From Eledone cirrhosa (taxonomy: Eukaryota): a stretch of 64,000 bases of DNA. The notes beneath the pieces are model-generated. The model did not search any database. It saw nothing but the letters and a program-made list of their open reading frames with translations, and was not told the origin of the DNA. Location of the stretch: positions 14,012,001 to 14,076,000 of the forward strand of contig OZ024759.1 in the NCBI GenBank assembly GCA_964016885.1, in the 5' to 3' direction. The translations under genes were made by a program, and so were the position numbers. Below are positions 24,866 to 37,875 of this stretch, piece by piece (the first letter of the stretch is position 1; the number at the start of each line of letters is the position of its first letter).

Positions 24866-26197
24866 ATATATAGGTATTGATGTATAATGTAATATATATA
24901 TATAACAAAAAGTTTAAATGCCAACACAAAAGCAAGAATGAGGGGCCCATTCTACTGACATGGTTTAAAAGAGGCTCTATGCATAATTGGAAACATAATT
25001 AAAATATTATTAATATTCAAAAAACTCAGATTATATATATATATATATAGATGTATAATGTAATATATAACAATATATATAGATATAGGTATTGATGTAT
25101 AATGTAATATATATAGGCATTGATGTTTAATGTAATATATATATAACAATATATATAGATATTGATCCGATATATGACATTATTGATTATACATGTCAAG
25201 TTTGATATGACTACAACCATGTCTCAATATATTGCTGAATAATTAACTCATTTAAACCCTTTTAACACCAAACTTAAAGATTTTTTACTTTATTTAATTA
25301 TTGAGTAGGGTGGAACTTATCAAATCTGCTGGTCTGATGTAAGTTTTCATTATTAAGTTGGTGTGAAGGTGGTGGATTGGCAGAATTGGTAGAGCATTGG
25401 ATAAAATACCATTATGGTATTTGTTCTTGCTCTTTTTATTGTGTTCAAATCCTGCTGAGGTCAACTTTGCTTCTCATCCTTCAGGGGTGAGAGGGTGTCG
25501 ATAAAATAAAATACCAGTCAAATACTTGGATTGATCCTAAATTTGAAATCGTTTTTAAGTTGGTACGGGTATAACTCTCCTACCTCTTTCAGTTCAAATA
25601 GGCCGTAACTGGTCACTCATACTGATGTTAAGGTACTGTTCTCAAAATAAATATCAAAATCTCATATATTCGATATTATGTGAGATATTATATAAGATAA
25701 AGCCTTTCCCATGAAAATACAATTGTATATATAGAGTAATGTAAATGCTAAAGGGTTAAAGGTTCTTAAAATTATGGAAAGAAGGCTTTTAGATAAATAT
25801 AAACAATTCAAAACAAACAGCTTAATAGTTTCAGGCAGTTTGATGTGAACCAGAGTGTCTTAATATAAGATACAGCTGCACTTGGTGATTCCACTTGAAA
25901 GAATTTGTGGAATTGGTGTCAGGGTGTTGATTTTTTTTTTTCTTTTTTGACGGAATTTTAAATCTGGGTATTCATAGAATTATATTTGTAAATATGAATA
26001 TCGAAAAAAAACAACTAAAAAAAAAAAGAAAAACTTGTGTATAATTCTGCATACCATAGGAAATTAATAAAGTAGCTTCGTTATGTAAAGAAAAGGCAAT
26101 TGGGATGAATTAACAAAATTAATTAAATCTACTAAAAGACTTTGATTGAAAGAATCTATGGTTGTTTCATTTATAATTTTTATTGTTATTTATTGAT

Positions 26198-29100
26198 TCC
26201 CTTTCGTTACCATATTTCTAATGAAAGATACAATCCCCTATGGTTTAAACCTTTCGTTAGCATATTTCTAATGAAAGACGCTGTCCCCTGTGGTTTAACC
26301 CTTTCGTTAGCTTATTTCTAATGAAAGACACTGTCCCCTATGGTTTAACCCTTTCGTTACCATATTTCTAATGAAAGACACTGTCCCCTATGGTTTAACC
26401 CTTTCGTTACCTTATTTCTAATGAAAGACGCTGTCCCTGTGGTTTAACCTTTTCGTTACCATATTTCTAATGAAAGACACTGCCCCCTATGGTTTAACCC
26501 TTTCGTTACCATATTTCTAATGAAAGACACTGTCCCGTATGGTTTAACCCTTTCGTTACCTTATTTCTAATGAAAGACACTGTCCCCTATAGTTTAACCC
26601 TTTCGTTACCATATTTCTAATGAAAGACGCTGTCCCTGTGGTTTAACCTTTTCGTTACCATATTTCTAATGAAAGACGCTGTCCCTGTGGTTTAACCCTT
26701 TCGTTACCATATTTCTAATGAAAGACACTGTCCCCTATGGTTTAACCCTTTCGTTACCATATTTCTAATGAAAGACACTGTCCCCTATGGTTTAATCTTT
26801 TCGTTACCATATTTCTAATGAAAGACGCTGTCCCTGTGGTTTAACCCTTTTGTTACCATATTTCTAATGAAAGACGCTGTCCCTGTGGTTTAACCCTTTC
26901 GTTACCATATCTCTAATGAAAGACACTGTCCCCTATTGTTTAACCCTTTCGTTACCATATTTCTAATGAAAGACACTGTCCCCTATAGTTTAACCCTTTC
27001 GTTACCATATTTCTAATGAAAGACGCTGTCCCTGTGGTTTAACCCTTTCGTTACCATATTTCTAATGAAAGACACTGTCCCCTATGGTTTAACCCTTTCG
27101 TTACCATATTTCTAATGAAAGACACTGTCCCCTATGGTTTAATCTTTTCGTTACCATATTTCTAATGAAAGACGCTGTCCCTGTGGTTTAACCCTTTTGT
27201 TACCATATTTCTAATGAAAGATACTGTCCCCTATGGTTTAACCTTTTCGTTACCATATCTCTAATGAAAGACACTGTCCCCTATGGTTTAACCCTTTCGT
27301 TACCATATTTCTAATGAAAGACACTGTCCACTATGGTTTAACCCTTTCGTTACCATATTTCTAATGAAAGACACTGTCCCGTATGGTTTAACCCTTTCGT
27401 TACCATATTTCTAATGAAAGACACTGTCCCCTATGGTTTAACCCTTTTGTTACCATATTTCTAATGAAAGACACTGTCCCCTATGGTTTAACCCTTTTGT
27501 TACCATATTTCTAATGAAAGACACTGTCCCCTATGGTTTAACCCTTTCGTTACCATATTTCTAATGAAAGACACTGTCCCCTATGGTTTAACCCTTTCGT
27601 TACCATATTTCTAATGAAAGATGCTGTCCCTGTGGTTTAACCTTTTCGTTACCATATCTCTAATGAAAGACACTGTCCCCTATGGTTTAACCCTTTCGTT
27701 ACCTTATTTCTAATGAAAGACACTGTCCCCTATAGTTTAACCCTTTCGTTACCATATTTCTAATGAAAGACGCTGTCCCTGTGGTTTAACCTTTTCGTTA
27801 CCATATTTCTAATGAAAGACGCTGTCCCTGTGGTTTAACCCTTTCGTTACCATATTTCTAATGAAAGACACTGTCCCCTATGGTTTAACCCTTTCGTTAC
27901 CATATTTCTAATGAAAGATGCTGTCCCTGTGGTTTAACCTTTTCGTTAACATATTTCTAATGAAAGACACTGTCCCCTATGGTTTAACCCTTTCATTACC
28001 ATATTTCTAATGAAAGACACTGTCCCCTATGGTTTAACCCTTTTGTTACCATATTTCTAATGAAAGACACTGTCTCCTATGGTTTAACCCTTTCGTTACC
28101 ATATTTCTAATGAAAGACACTGTCCCGTATGGTTTAACCCTTTCGTTACCTTATTTCTAATGAAAGACACTGTTCCCTATGGTTTAACCCTTTCGTTACC
28201 ATATTTCTAATGAAAGACACTGTCCCCTATGGTTTAATCTTTTCGTTACCATATTTCTAATGAAAGACGCTGTCCCTGTGGTTTAACCTTTTCGTTACCA
28301 TATTTCTAATGAAAGATACTGTCCCCTATGGTTTAACCCTTTCGTTACCATATTTCTAATGAAAGACACTGTCCCCTATGGTTTAACCCTTTCGTTACCA
28401 TATTTCTAATGAAAGATGCTGTCCCTGTGGTTTAACCTTTTCGTTACCATATCTCTAATGAAAGACACTGTCCCCTATGGTTTAACCCTTTCGTTACCAT
28501 ATTTCTAATGAAAGACACTGTCCCCTATGGTTTAACCCTTTTGTTACCATATTTCTAATGAAAGACACTGTCCCCTATGGTTTAACCCTTTCGTTACCAT
28601 ATTTCTAATGAAAGACACTGTCCCCTATGGTTTAACCCTTTCGTTACCATATTTCTAATGAAAGACGCTGTCCCTGTGGTTTAACCTTTTCGTTACCATA
28701 TCTCTAATGAAAGACACTGTCCCCTATGGTTTAACCCTTTCGTTACCATATTTCTAATGAAAGACACTGTCCCCCTTTCATTACCATATTTCTAATGAAA
28801 GACGCTGTCCCTGTGGTTTAACCTTTTCGTTACCATATTTCTAATGAAAGACGCTGTCCCTGTGGTTTAATCTTTTCGTTACCATATTTCTAATGAAAGA
28901 CGCTGTCCCTGTGGTTTAACCCTTTCGTTACCATATTTCTAATGAAAGACACTGTCCTCTATGGTTTAACCTTTTCGTTACCATATTTCTAATGAAAGAC
29001 ACTGTCCCCTATGGTTTAACCCTTTTGTTACCATATTTCTAATGAAAGACACTGTCCCCTATGGTTTAACCCTTTCGTTACCATATTTCTAATGAAAGAC

Positions 29101-30356
29101 ACTGTCCCCTATGGTTTAACCCTTTCGTTACCATATTTCTAATGAAAGATGCTGTCCCTGTGGTTTAACCTTTTCGTTACCATATCTCTAATGAAAGACA
29201 CTGTCCCCTATGGTTTAACCCTTTCGTTACCATATTTCTAATGAAAGACACTGTCCCCTATGGTTTAACCCTTTCATTACCATATTTCTAATGAAAGACG
29301 CTGTCCCTGTGGTTTAACCTTTTCGTTACCATATTTCTAATGAAAGACGCTGTCCCTGTGGTTTAATCTTTTCGTTACCATATTTCTAATGAAAGACGCT
29401 GTCCCTGTGGTTTAACCTTTTCGTTACCATATTTCTAATGAAAGACACTGTCCCCTATGGTTTAACCCTTTCGTTACCATATTTCTAATGAAAGACACTG
29501 TCCTCTATAGTTTAACCTTTTCGTTACCATATTTCTAATGAAAGACGCTGTCCCTGTGGTTTAACCTTTTCGTTACCATATTTCTAATGAAAGACGCTGT
29601 GCCTGTGGTTTAACCCTTTCGTTACCATATTTCTAATGAAAGACACTGTTCCCTATGGTTTAACCCTTTCGTTACCATATTTCTAATGAAAGACACTGTC
29701 CCCTATGGTTTAACCTTTTCGTTACCATATTTCTAATGAAAGACGCTGTCCCTGTGGTTTAACCCTTTCGTTACCATATTTCTAATGAAAGATACTGTCC
29801 CCTATGGTTTAACCCTTTCGTTACCATATTTCTAATGAAAGACACTGTCCCCTATGGTTTAACCCTTTCGTTACCATATTTCTAATGAAAGACGCTGTCC
29901 CTGTGGTTTAACCCTTTCGTTACCATATTTCTAATGAAAGATACTGTCCCCTATGGTTTAACCCTTTCGTTACCATATTTCTAATGAAAGACGCTGTCCC
30001 TGTGGTTTAACCCTTTCGTTACCATATTTCTAATGAAAGATGCTGTCCCCTATGGTTTAACCCTTTCGTTACCATATTTCTAATGAAAGACACTGTCCCC
30101 TATGTTTTAACCCTTTCGTTACCATATTTCTAATGAAAGACACTGTCCCCTATTGTTTAACCCTTTCGTTACCATATTTCTAATAAAAGATGCTGTCCCT
30201 GTGGTTTAACCTTTTCGTTACCATATTTCTAATGAAAGACACTGTCCTCTACGGTTTAACCCTTTCATTACCATATTTTTAATGAAAGACACTGTCCCCT
30301 ATGGTTTAACCCTTTCATTACCATATTTCTAATGAAAGACACTGTCCCCTATGGTT
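26198..30356. repeat. 4.2-kb tandem array of 50/49-bp units (ccctttcgttaccatatttctaatgaaagacactgtcccctatggtttaa), about 83 copies
   Basis: Direct periodicity with two interspersed unit types (acactgtcccctatgg, 50 bp; acgctgtccctgtgg, 49 bp); no spacers. Confidence 0.97.
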
Positions 30357-31734
30357 TTCAAATAATTAAAAAAATAATCAAGAATTTGGAAAGATTTACT
30401 AAATAACTAACATTCTTATAATGAAGGAAAGTCTTGGGATACATATAAACACTTTAACCATTTTGTTACCATATTTTTTTCTCCTATATGAGCGAGACAC
30501 GGTCACCCGATCTACCTTGCTTCAAGTGAGACAACTCCCGTCTAACCCAAGGTAGTGTGGAAGATGGACATTAAACGAAGATGATGAGATGATGATGATT
30601 TTTAGTAACTCTCCCTCTGATTTTCTAATAATTTTGAAAATAATCAAGAATTTAGAGAGATTTAGAAATGTAACATTTTCATAGGTTTTTTTTTATAATA
30701 TAACAAAGTTATATAAAATTATGATGGAAGGTTTTTTTATTTTTTTATAAATGGAATGGATTCCAGACCTCATTCCCTTACTGTGTAGGGTGGGACACAT
30801 CAAATCGGACCAAGGAAACGGTGTTTTCATTGGTCTTTCTATTGCTGATACCATCTATTGGTCCCAACTCCTGGCAGAAAGGGCATGAAATAGTGTTTTG
30901 CTCAAGGACATAACACACAAAGTTTTAAATAGTTTTGTATCACAGAAGGGCTGATTTCAGAAAGTTTGGTATCAAGTGTGAGTCGGTTCCAAGATTTTAC
31001 TATACATACCATTCCTGTCCTCGTTGTTTTTCCCACCCAGAAGTTCTAAACTAATTTACTATTAACTTCAAATTAATTTATTATTAAATATGTAAGGTGT
31101 AGCTTGATACTTTTTTATACCAATTTGAAGCTGTTCCTAGTTCTATGATACAAAATTGTTTGTTTTTGTTTTAAAGTGTTTATAATTACCTAAAATCCTT
31201 CCATCATTTTATGTAAGAAATTTTATTATGTTCCAATCTCCAGCTTAGTAATTTCTAATTTAGGTGGCACAAAGTCAGAAAACTTAGGTGGACAGGTCAG
31301 CAAATTTGGGTAAATTACATGGTTGATTAAATCAACCACAGTTGGTGACTAGTACTTTATTTTATCAACCTCAGAAGGATGAAAGGCAACCTTGACCGTG
31401 GCAGGATTTGAATTCAAACTGTAAAGAGTCAGAATTACCACAATGGCATTTTATCTGATGCTTTACCAATCCACCATGTCTTATAGCAGCTTAATGAGAA
31501 AATTAGTTATATTACTAGATCCCTCTAAATTCTTCAAACTTTCTCATTATTATGTTGGTATTTGAAGCATGACTTTATCTTACATAAACTTGAGAGAAGG
31601 TTTTAGATAAATATAAACACTTTAAAATAAATAGCTTTGTATATTTTAGAGTGTTTCTATTTATCTTAAAAATCTTCATTCATAATTTTATATAAGAAGC
31701 TTCATTAAGTTATGCTCGAAACCTTTACCACTCT

Positions 31735-32578
31735 ATCATCATTGTTTTTGTGTCCGCTTTTCCATGCTTGGTCCTTCTTAGCATGGCAAATCTACACTTG
31801 TTGCGTTCCTTCGTCATCTCCTCTGCCAGTCTTAGTGATTTTAAGGTCCATTCTCACAACCTCTGCCCAGGTCTTTCTTTGTTGTCCTCTACTGTGGCTT
31901 CTTTCCACTGGGATTGCCTGGCATTTCTTCACCCATCGGTCATTGTCAATGCGCATTACATGTCCATACCAATGCAGTCTTCTCTCCTGCACACCACCTC
32001 AGATTCCTCTTAAACCCAGCTTCTTCCTCAGCTCATTCAAACTTTGCCTCTCTCTCACATTTACATTGCACATCCAATGAAACATGGTTGCTTCATTTTT
32101 CTCCAGTCTACACATGTCCTCTGCCGTCACAGACCATGTTTCATTACCATGTAGCACCACATGTCCTCTGCAGTTACAGACCATGTTTCGTTACCATGCA
32201 GCATTGTACACCACACACAGGCATCATACAGCCTTCCTTTTGTACAGGGAGAAACCTTTTGTTGTCAACAGTGCGAGTAGTTCTCTAAACTTCTTCCATC
32301 CTATCCTTATTCTAGTTATTATACTCTCGGTGCACTTTCCTCCGCTGCTAATTAGGTCACCTCGATAGCAGTAGCTATCAACCATGTCTATGGATCTTTC
32401 CTTTGACTGGAAGAAGTTTATATCGTTAGCACTTTTCCTCTCGATTTCTCCTGTGCATCTTCTACATGCAAAGTTCTCCCTTCCTGTCAGTCTACTTGCT
32501 ATCTCACTACATCTTTTGTGTCCCCAAGATTTACATTGTGTACATTGTATAAAGTTTATGCCTTCTCCTTTTCTACAT
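31735..32578 (-). mobile_element. Older RTE-like LINE 3' fragment that includes the PHD finger region
   Basis: Broken ORFs with CTQCKSWGHKRC..CRRC, RIRIGWKKFRELL, LHGNETW and RRLHWYGHVMR. Confidence 0.85.
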
Positions 32579-32764
32579 ATTTTATATATTTGAATATAAG
32601 CTAAGGAATGTATGATAAAAAGAAATCGATGGTAGAGGGTGGGGGGACTTATATTTAGGGTCAATATTTTGACAATTTCCACCAACTTCAAATTCTATGT
32701 AAACAAGGTTTGGATTTTTGCCCATTTCTCAGATAAAATAGTGGGTCCAGCTTATATTTGTATT

Positions 32765-32965
32765 GGCTTGTTTGCAGTCGAGCCCCTAGCAATGGAGACT
32801 TCTGGTGTCCTTGACGTTAAAGCTACTTCCCTACTTACCCCCAGAAGTGCTGAGCTGGCGAGTTGCAGGTGTGAGCCTCACGAGATGGAATGGCTGTTCC
32901 AGTGCATCTCCCTTACTATGCTCTGGGAAAACGCCTTCTCTATTCCGTCCGCCAGAGCCGTGGGC
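32765..32965 (+). mobile_element. Degenerate C-terminus of a CRE-like (restriction-like endonuclease) non-LTR retrotransposon
   Basis: PLAMETSGVLD...EMEWLFQCISLTMLWENA resembles the recalled P.A.ET.G...E..FLFQR.S.A..RGNA terminus; a second copy lies at 58072-58225. Confidence 0.55.
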
Positions 32966-33293
32966 AGTCAACACGTGGGACCTCATTTGCTCATAATAGT
33001 GAGAGATAGAGATGATGACAGTGGGAATTCAGCTTCTCTGTGTTCAGAGCTGGTGTATGTTTACCATTATTATTATTACCGTGGGTAAATGAAAATATTA
33101 GTTAGATTACTAAATTCCACCAAATTTTTGATTATTCTCAAAATGATTTGAAAAAATTATATGCAGTATTTTTCATTAGAATTATGGTAATGAAAGGGTT
33201 TAAAACATTTGTTGTTTGTAGTATTCAGTACTGTTCCAATGTAATTATTTTTCCAATATATATATATTTAATGTTTGTTTGTTTCTTTTGTAG

Positions 33294-33404
33294 GTACTGA
33301 TATATCTAATGGTGAAGAAGTAGCTATCAAATTAGAATGTGTAAAGACCAAACACCCTCAACTACACATAGAGAGCAAAATCTACAAAATGATGCAAGGT
33401 GGAG
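33294..33404 (+). CDS. CSNK1D: CK1 delta/epsilon coding exon 2 ([36 protein letters not shown])
   Basis: ttttgtag acceptor, G|gtaaga donor, 111 nt; contains the VAIK catalytic lysine; frame continues from exon 1. Confidence 0.97.
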
Positions 33405-34002
33405 GTAAGAGGAAATTCTGTTTTTCTTTTCCTGCAACTGTTTAGCAGCATTATTGACAGAGCTAGTAGAGCGTCAGTCTGTTGAAAAGCCGAGTGATAT
33501 TTGTCCTGGCTCGCAAATGTTTAGTAGCATTATTGACAGAAGTAGTAGAGTGTCAGTCTGATAAAAAGCTGTGTGATATTTGTCCTGGCTCAATATCAAA
33601 CTGTACCAGTTTGTGTTGGTGGGCTGACAGGATTGTCACTGCATCAGGCGAAATGTGTTGTGTTAGTCCTGTCTCTTGAGAACAATTTTACATCTCATCC
33701 TTCCAGGAGTTGATAGATTATCAGTTTGTGTTGGTGGGCTGACAGGAGGGAGGGTCACAATGTTGGGTGAAATGTTGCATGGTGTTTGTTTTTGCTGTTT
33801 TTTTTGGGGGGGGGGGGGGGGGGGGGGCAAGTTCAAGTCCTGCCAGTGCACTTTTACATTTCATCTTTCCAAGAACTGATAAAGTCCCAGTTTGTGGAGG
33901 TGGACTGGCAAAGTTGTTAAAACATTGGCTGAAATGCTGAGTGGTGTTTCTTATTGCCTATAATTTTAAAGATAATCAAGAATTTGTAGGGATATAGTAA
34001 TG

Positions 34003-34154
34003 CAGTGAAATTCTGTTATAACGAAATTCACGGGATCTAAAAAAAAAATTTGTTGTAACGAAAAATTCTTTATAATGAGATCAACCTAAGATATTGAGTG
34101 TGCAGCCGGGGATTGAAAAAATGTTATATTCGTTATAACACAATTTTACCTGTA
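34003..34154. mobile_element. Tigger/pogo-like short MITE (second copy at about 36120-36250)
   Basis: Inverted ends cagtgaaattctgttataacgaa ... ttcgttataacacaattttacctgta. Confidence 0.6.
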
Positions 34155-34164
34155 TAACATGTTA

Positions 34165-34560
34165 TTAACCCTTTTGTTACAATATTTCTAAAAAAAGATA
34201 CTACCGATAGTTTTATAGCAAACTTTCTCATTATTAACCCTTTGTTTCCATTTTTCTCATGAAACATACTATAAAATAGTTTTCAAATCATTTGGAAAAT
34301 AATATAGCCAGGGTTCTTAGATAAATTATGATGGGAAATTTTTAAGATAAATAAAAACAGTAAAATGTACAGCTTTGTATTGTAAAACCAGGGACAGTTT
34401 CAGGAATTTTGGTATCCAAAAGGTAAAGCTTATGTTTGGAACATAACTTAAGGTTCTTACATAAAATTATAACAGAAGGTTTTTAGATAAATATATACAC
34501 TTTAAAACAAATACTTTTGTATTGTAGAACCAGGGGTAGTTTGATACCAAAAGGGTTAAT
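34165..34560 (+). mobile_element. piggyBac-like MITE family B cluster (left end TTAACCCTTTCGTTACCATATTTCTAATGAAAGAC; right end GGTATCAAAAGGGTTAA)
   Basis: Recurrent termini and body (ttttgaaaataatcaagaattt; ggaacataacttaacaaaggttcttacataaaattatg) also near 8480-8960, 30350-30750, 41565-41680, 43000-43290, 53266-53735 and 63395-63470. Confidence 0.7.
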
Positions 34561-35565
34561 ATGACTAGTTTTGAAAGTAGATTTTTATCAATGGCTTATT
34601 GACACTAAAAACAGCTACAGATATGAAATGTAAGATTTGGGGCCTGATAGGTACTTAAAAAAACTTCTGACTGCTTTATGACAAACAGAAGTAGGACTAA
34701 TAAGTTGAAGTTGGACCCCTGTTGGGTGTTTAAGGGTTTCTCTAGGCTGATAGATTCTTCTTTTAGAGGAGAGGGACCCTGTATTATCTATTGGACTAAG
34801 TATTACCCTGTTTGTGTTGAAAACATGACAGCTGATACTTGACTGGAGGAAGAAACCATTAACCCTTTTGATACCAAACTGCTTGAAGCTGCCCCTGCTT
34901 CTATGATACAAAGCTGTATGTTTTGTGTTTAAGAACTTTCCATTATATTTTCATGTAAGAACTTTTATTATGTTCCAAAGATCAGCTTAACTCTTTTCAT
35001 CCCAAACTGCCCGAAGCTGCCCCTGGTTCTACAATACAAAGCTGTTTTAAAATAAAAAGCACCCATCCACATTGTAACATGGCTGGTGTAAGGAAGGGCA
35101 TCCAGCCATAGAAACCAAGCCAAAAATACAGATCCGTATGAGCAAGATGTGGTCTCTGGACCTGACTTGTCTCATAATGTGACAACCCGTCTAACCCATG
35201 CAAGCGTGGAAAATGGATGTTAGATGATGATGATAATTATCTAAAAATCTTTCATAATTTTATGTAAGAACCAATGTTATGTTCTAAATACCATCTTGAT
35301 GTTGATTTTTAAATTTGACAATCATAGGAAATATCTTTCATTAAACCTTTAGCATTTAAACTGGCTGCATCCAGCCAGAATTCTCTCACCTCTTTCTATT
35401 CAAACCAGCTGCAACCAGCCTCTCATACTGATGTTAAGGTATTCTCAAAATAAATATCAAAATCTCAGATTCTATATTATGTGAGATAATTATGAGGTAA
35501 AAACTTTATCACAAAAATATAATAGAGTAAAATAATATATAGAGTAATATAAATGGTAAAGTGTT

Positions 35566-35745
35566 AAACATATATGGTAAAGAAAGGGTTAATATAAACA
35601 TGTATGGTAAAGAAAGGGTTAATATAAACATATATGGTAAAGAAAGGGTTAATATAAACATATATGGTAAAGAAAGGGTTAATATAAACATGTATGGTAA
35701 AGAAAGGGTTAATATAAACATGTATGGTAAAGAAAGAGTTAATAT
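35566..35745. repeat. 30-bp minisatellite (tatatggtaaagaaagggttaatataaaca) x6
   Basis: Exact period 30. Confidence 0.92.
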
Positions 35746-35789
35746 GAATGAGGACAATTGTAAAGAGGTGACACACTAATAAATACAAT

Positions 35790-36120
35790 ATCTGTAGTAT
35801 ACCATGTACTATTTATAGTATCTAGTGTGTGTATACCATGTAGTGTTTATAGTATATAGTGTGTCTGTATACCATGTAGTGTTTATAGTATATAGTGTCT
35901 GTATACCATGTAGTGTTTACAGTACAGTGTCTGTATACCATGTAGTGTTTATAGTATATATAGTGTCTGTATACCATGTAGCGTTTACATTACAGTGTCT
36001 GTATACCACGTAGTGTTAATAGTATAGTCTGTATACCATGTAGTGTTTATAGTATATAGTGATTGTATACCATGTAGTGTTTATAGTATATAGTGTCTGT
36101 ATACCATGTAGTGTTTATAC
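35790..36120. repeat. ~32-34-bp minisatellite (gtgtctgtataccatgtagtgtttatagtatata)
   Basis: About 10 visible copies. Confidence 0.88.
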
Positions 36121-37624
36121 AATAAAATTCCGTTATAACGAAATTCGCTGAGTATAAATAAAGAGGAAAAATTCTTTATAACGTGTGGTCCGGGATTGAA
36201 AAAAATGTTGTTATACTGAAAAATTTGTTATAACGGAATTTTACTTGTAGTATATAGTATGTGTATATACCATGTAGTGTCAAACTACAGTCATGTTTAT
36301 CAAAACATGGTTCTTATGTAAAATTATGTTTGAAGATTTTAATATAAATAAGAACTCTTTAAAGTGGGTGGTTTTATTTTAAAGAACCAGAGGTGCTGTT
36401 AGCAGGGTTGGTATCAAAAGGTTTCAGTGAATTTTACAAAAAAATTTTTGTTCTTATATTTTTTGTTTTATTTTTAACATATATGGATATATAGTAGAAA
36501 AAATAATTGCTATGTTTACCGTATATACTCAGATATAAGCCGACCCCCTATTTTATGCCTGAGAAATGGGCAAAAATCCAAACCCCATTTATAAGCTAAT
36601 GCTGGTAATCAACACGTTTAAATCAACACGTTTGAAATTCTCATGAATGGAGAATATATTTATGAAATTTTAATATTTTAGTATTTAAAATGTTCTAAGT
36701 ATCGTTTAGAGTAGAGGTTCTCAAACTTTTTGGGCCACCCTCTCCCCCTTCCCCTCACGGCCACATAATACCCTCAGCGACCCCCAACTCTATTTCCAGA
36801 GAGACCTGCCAACATGAAAATTGTAAATAATATATAAGAAATAAAATCGTAAATTTATATATAATAAATAATATAATATATATACTATGTATAAATAAAT
36901 ATATGTATTTTTATTTTACTATATTTAGATATAATATGTATTATTAGATATTTAATATACTATTATATCATTTCTACTGCGCCTTTAGGCCCCAGCACCC
37001 CTTAAACGTTTTCAACAATCCTCGATGATGAGCAGTAGTGCTCATTTTTAGAACCTGGTTTAGAGTATCATTTTGTTTCACAAGTCCAATGTGTAATGAT
37101 TTTTTTACCAAGTTTTGACTGTTTTGATGACCATATTCATTCAAAACAAACCAACAATAGGAAATATGAATTTCAAACTGATAGAGAACCCAGCGTAATA
37201 TTCATCTCCAAATCAAAAATAATTTAGCATCTCATTTAGAATTTTGAAGTTTGTGAAAATCGGACTCAAATATAATCCAACCTCCCATTTTACAATCAAT
37301 TTTTTTTTCTTTGTCACATATTTCTCACCTTATATACGATATATATACAATATATACTATATATACAGTGTATACTGAGATCAGTATCTCCGTGCGAGGA
37401 CAGACTTGGTTTGTGGTGACCCGTCCAACCTTTGCTGGCAAGGAAAACAGATGTTAGATGATGATAATCACTGACATCTTGTATGTTTTTCTTCCCCCCA
37501 TGAAAATACATTGGAAACACTAATGCACCTCTATCAATTGTCAACTTTGCTTGTTTATTTATCAATCCTGGAAATATCTTCACTCACTTATTCTTGGTAG
37601 GATTATGGGGCGGGCAGATTGCAT

Positions 37625-37875
37625 CCTCAAACACTCCTTTCAGCGGGTCCTGTCAGAACCAACTGTCTCCAACTGATCCGGTTGGATCCCCATTCAAAAC
37701 CAGCCAAACTCATGGATGTTATCCAATCATCGTACTCAGTTTCTGCCCCTAGGTCTCCTGCCGGTTCGTTTTGCCCATAAAATCTGTCCAGTGATTCTGT
37801 CCTGAGACATTCTAACCACATGACCGTAGAATCAGAGCTGTGATCTCTCAATTCGAAGAAGTAGTTGCTCGACCT
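37625..37875 (-). mobile_element. Fragment of the same family as 60126-60532
   Basis: Shared DNA (ctccttt/ccagcgggtc, ttttgcccataaaatctgtccag, gagctgtgat). Confidence 0.7.

Noticed and set aside
26198-30356. CRISPR-like array
   Set aside because: Units are contiguous with no unique spacers, there are no cas genes, the context is a eukaryotic intron, and the unit matches a MITE end.
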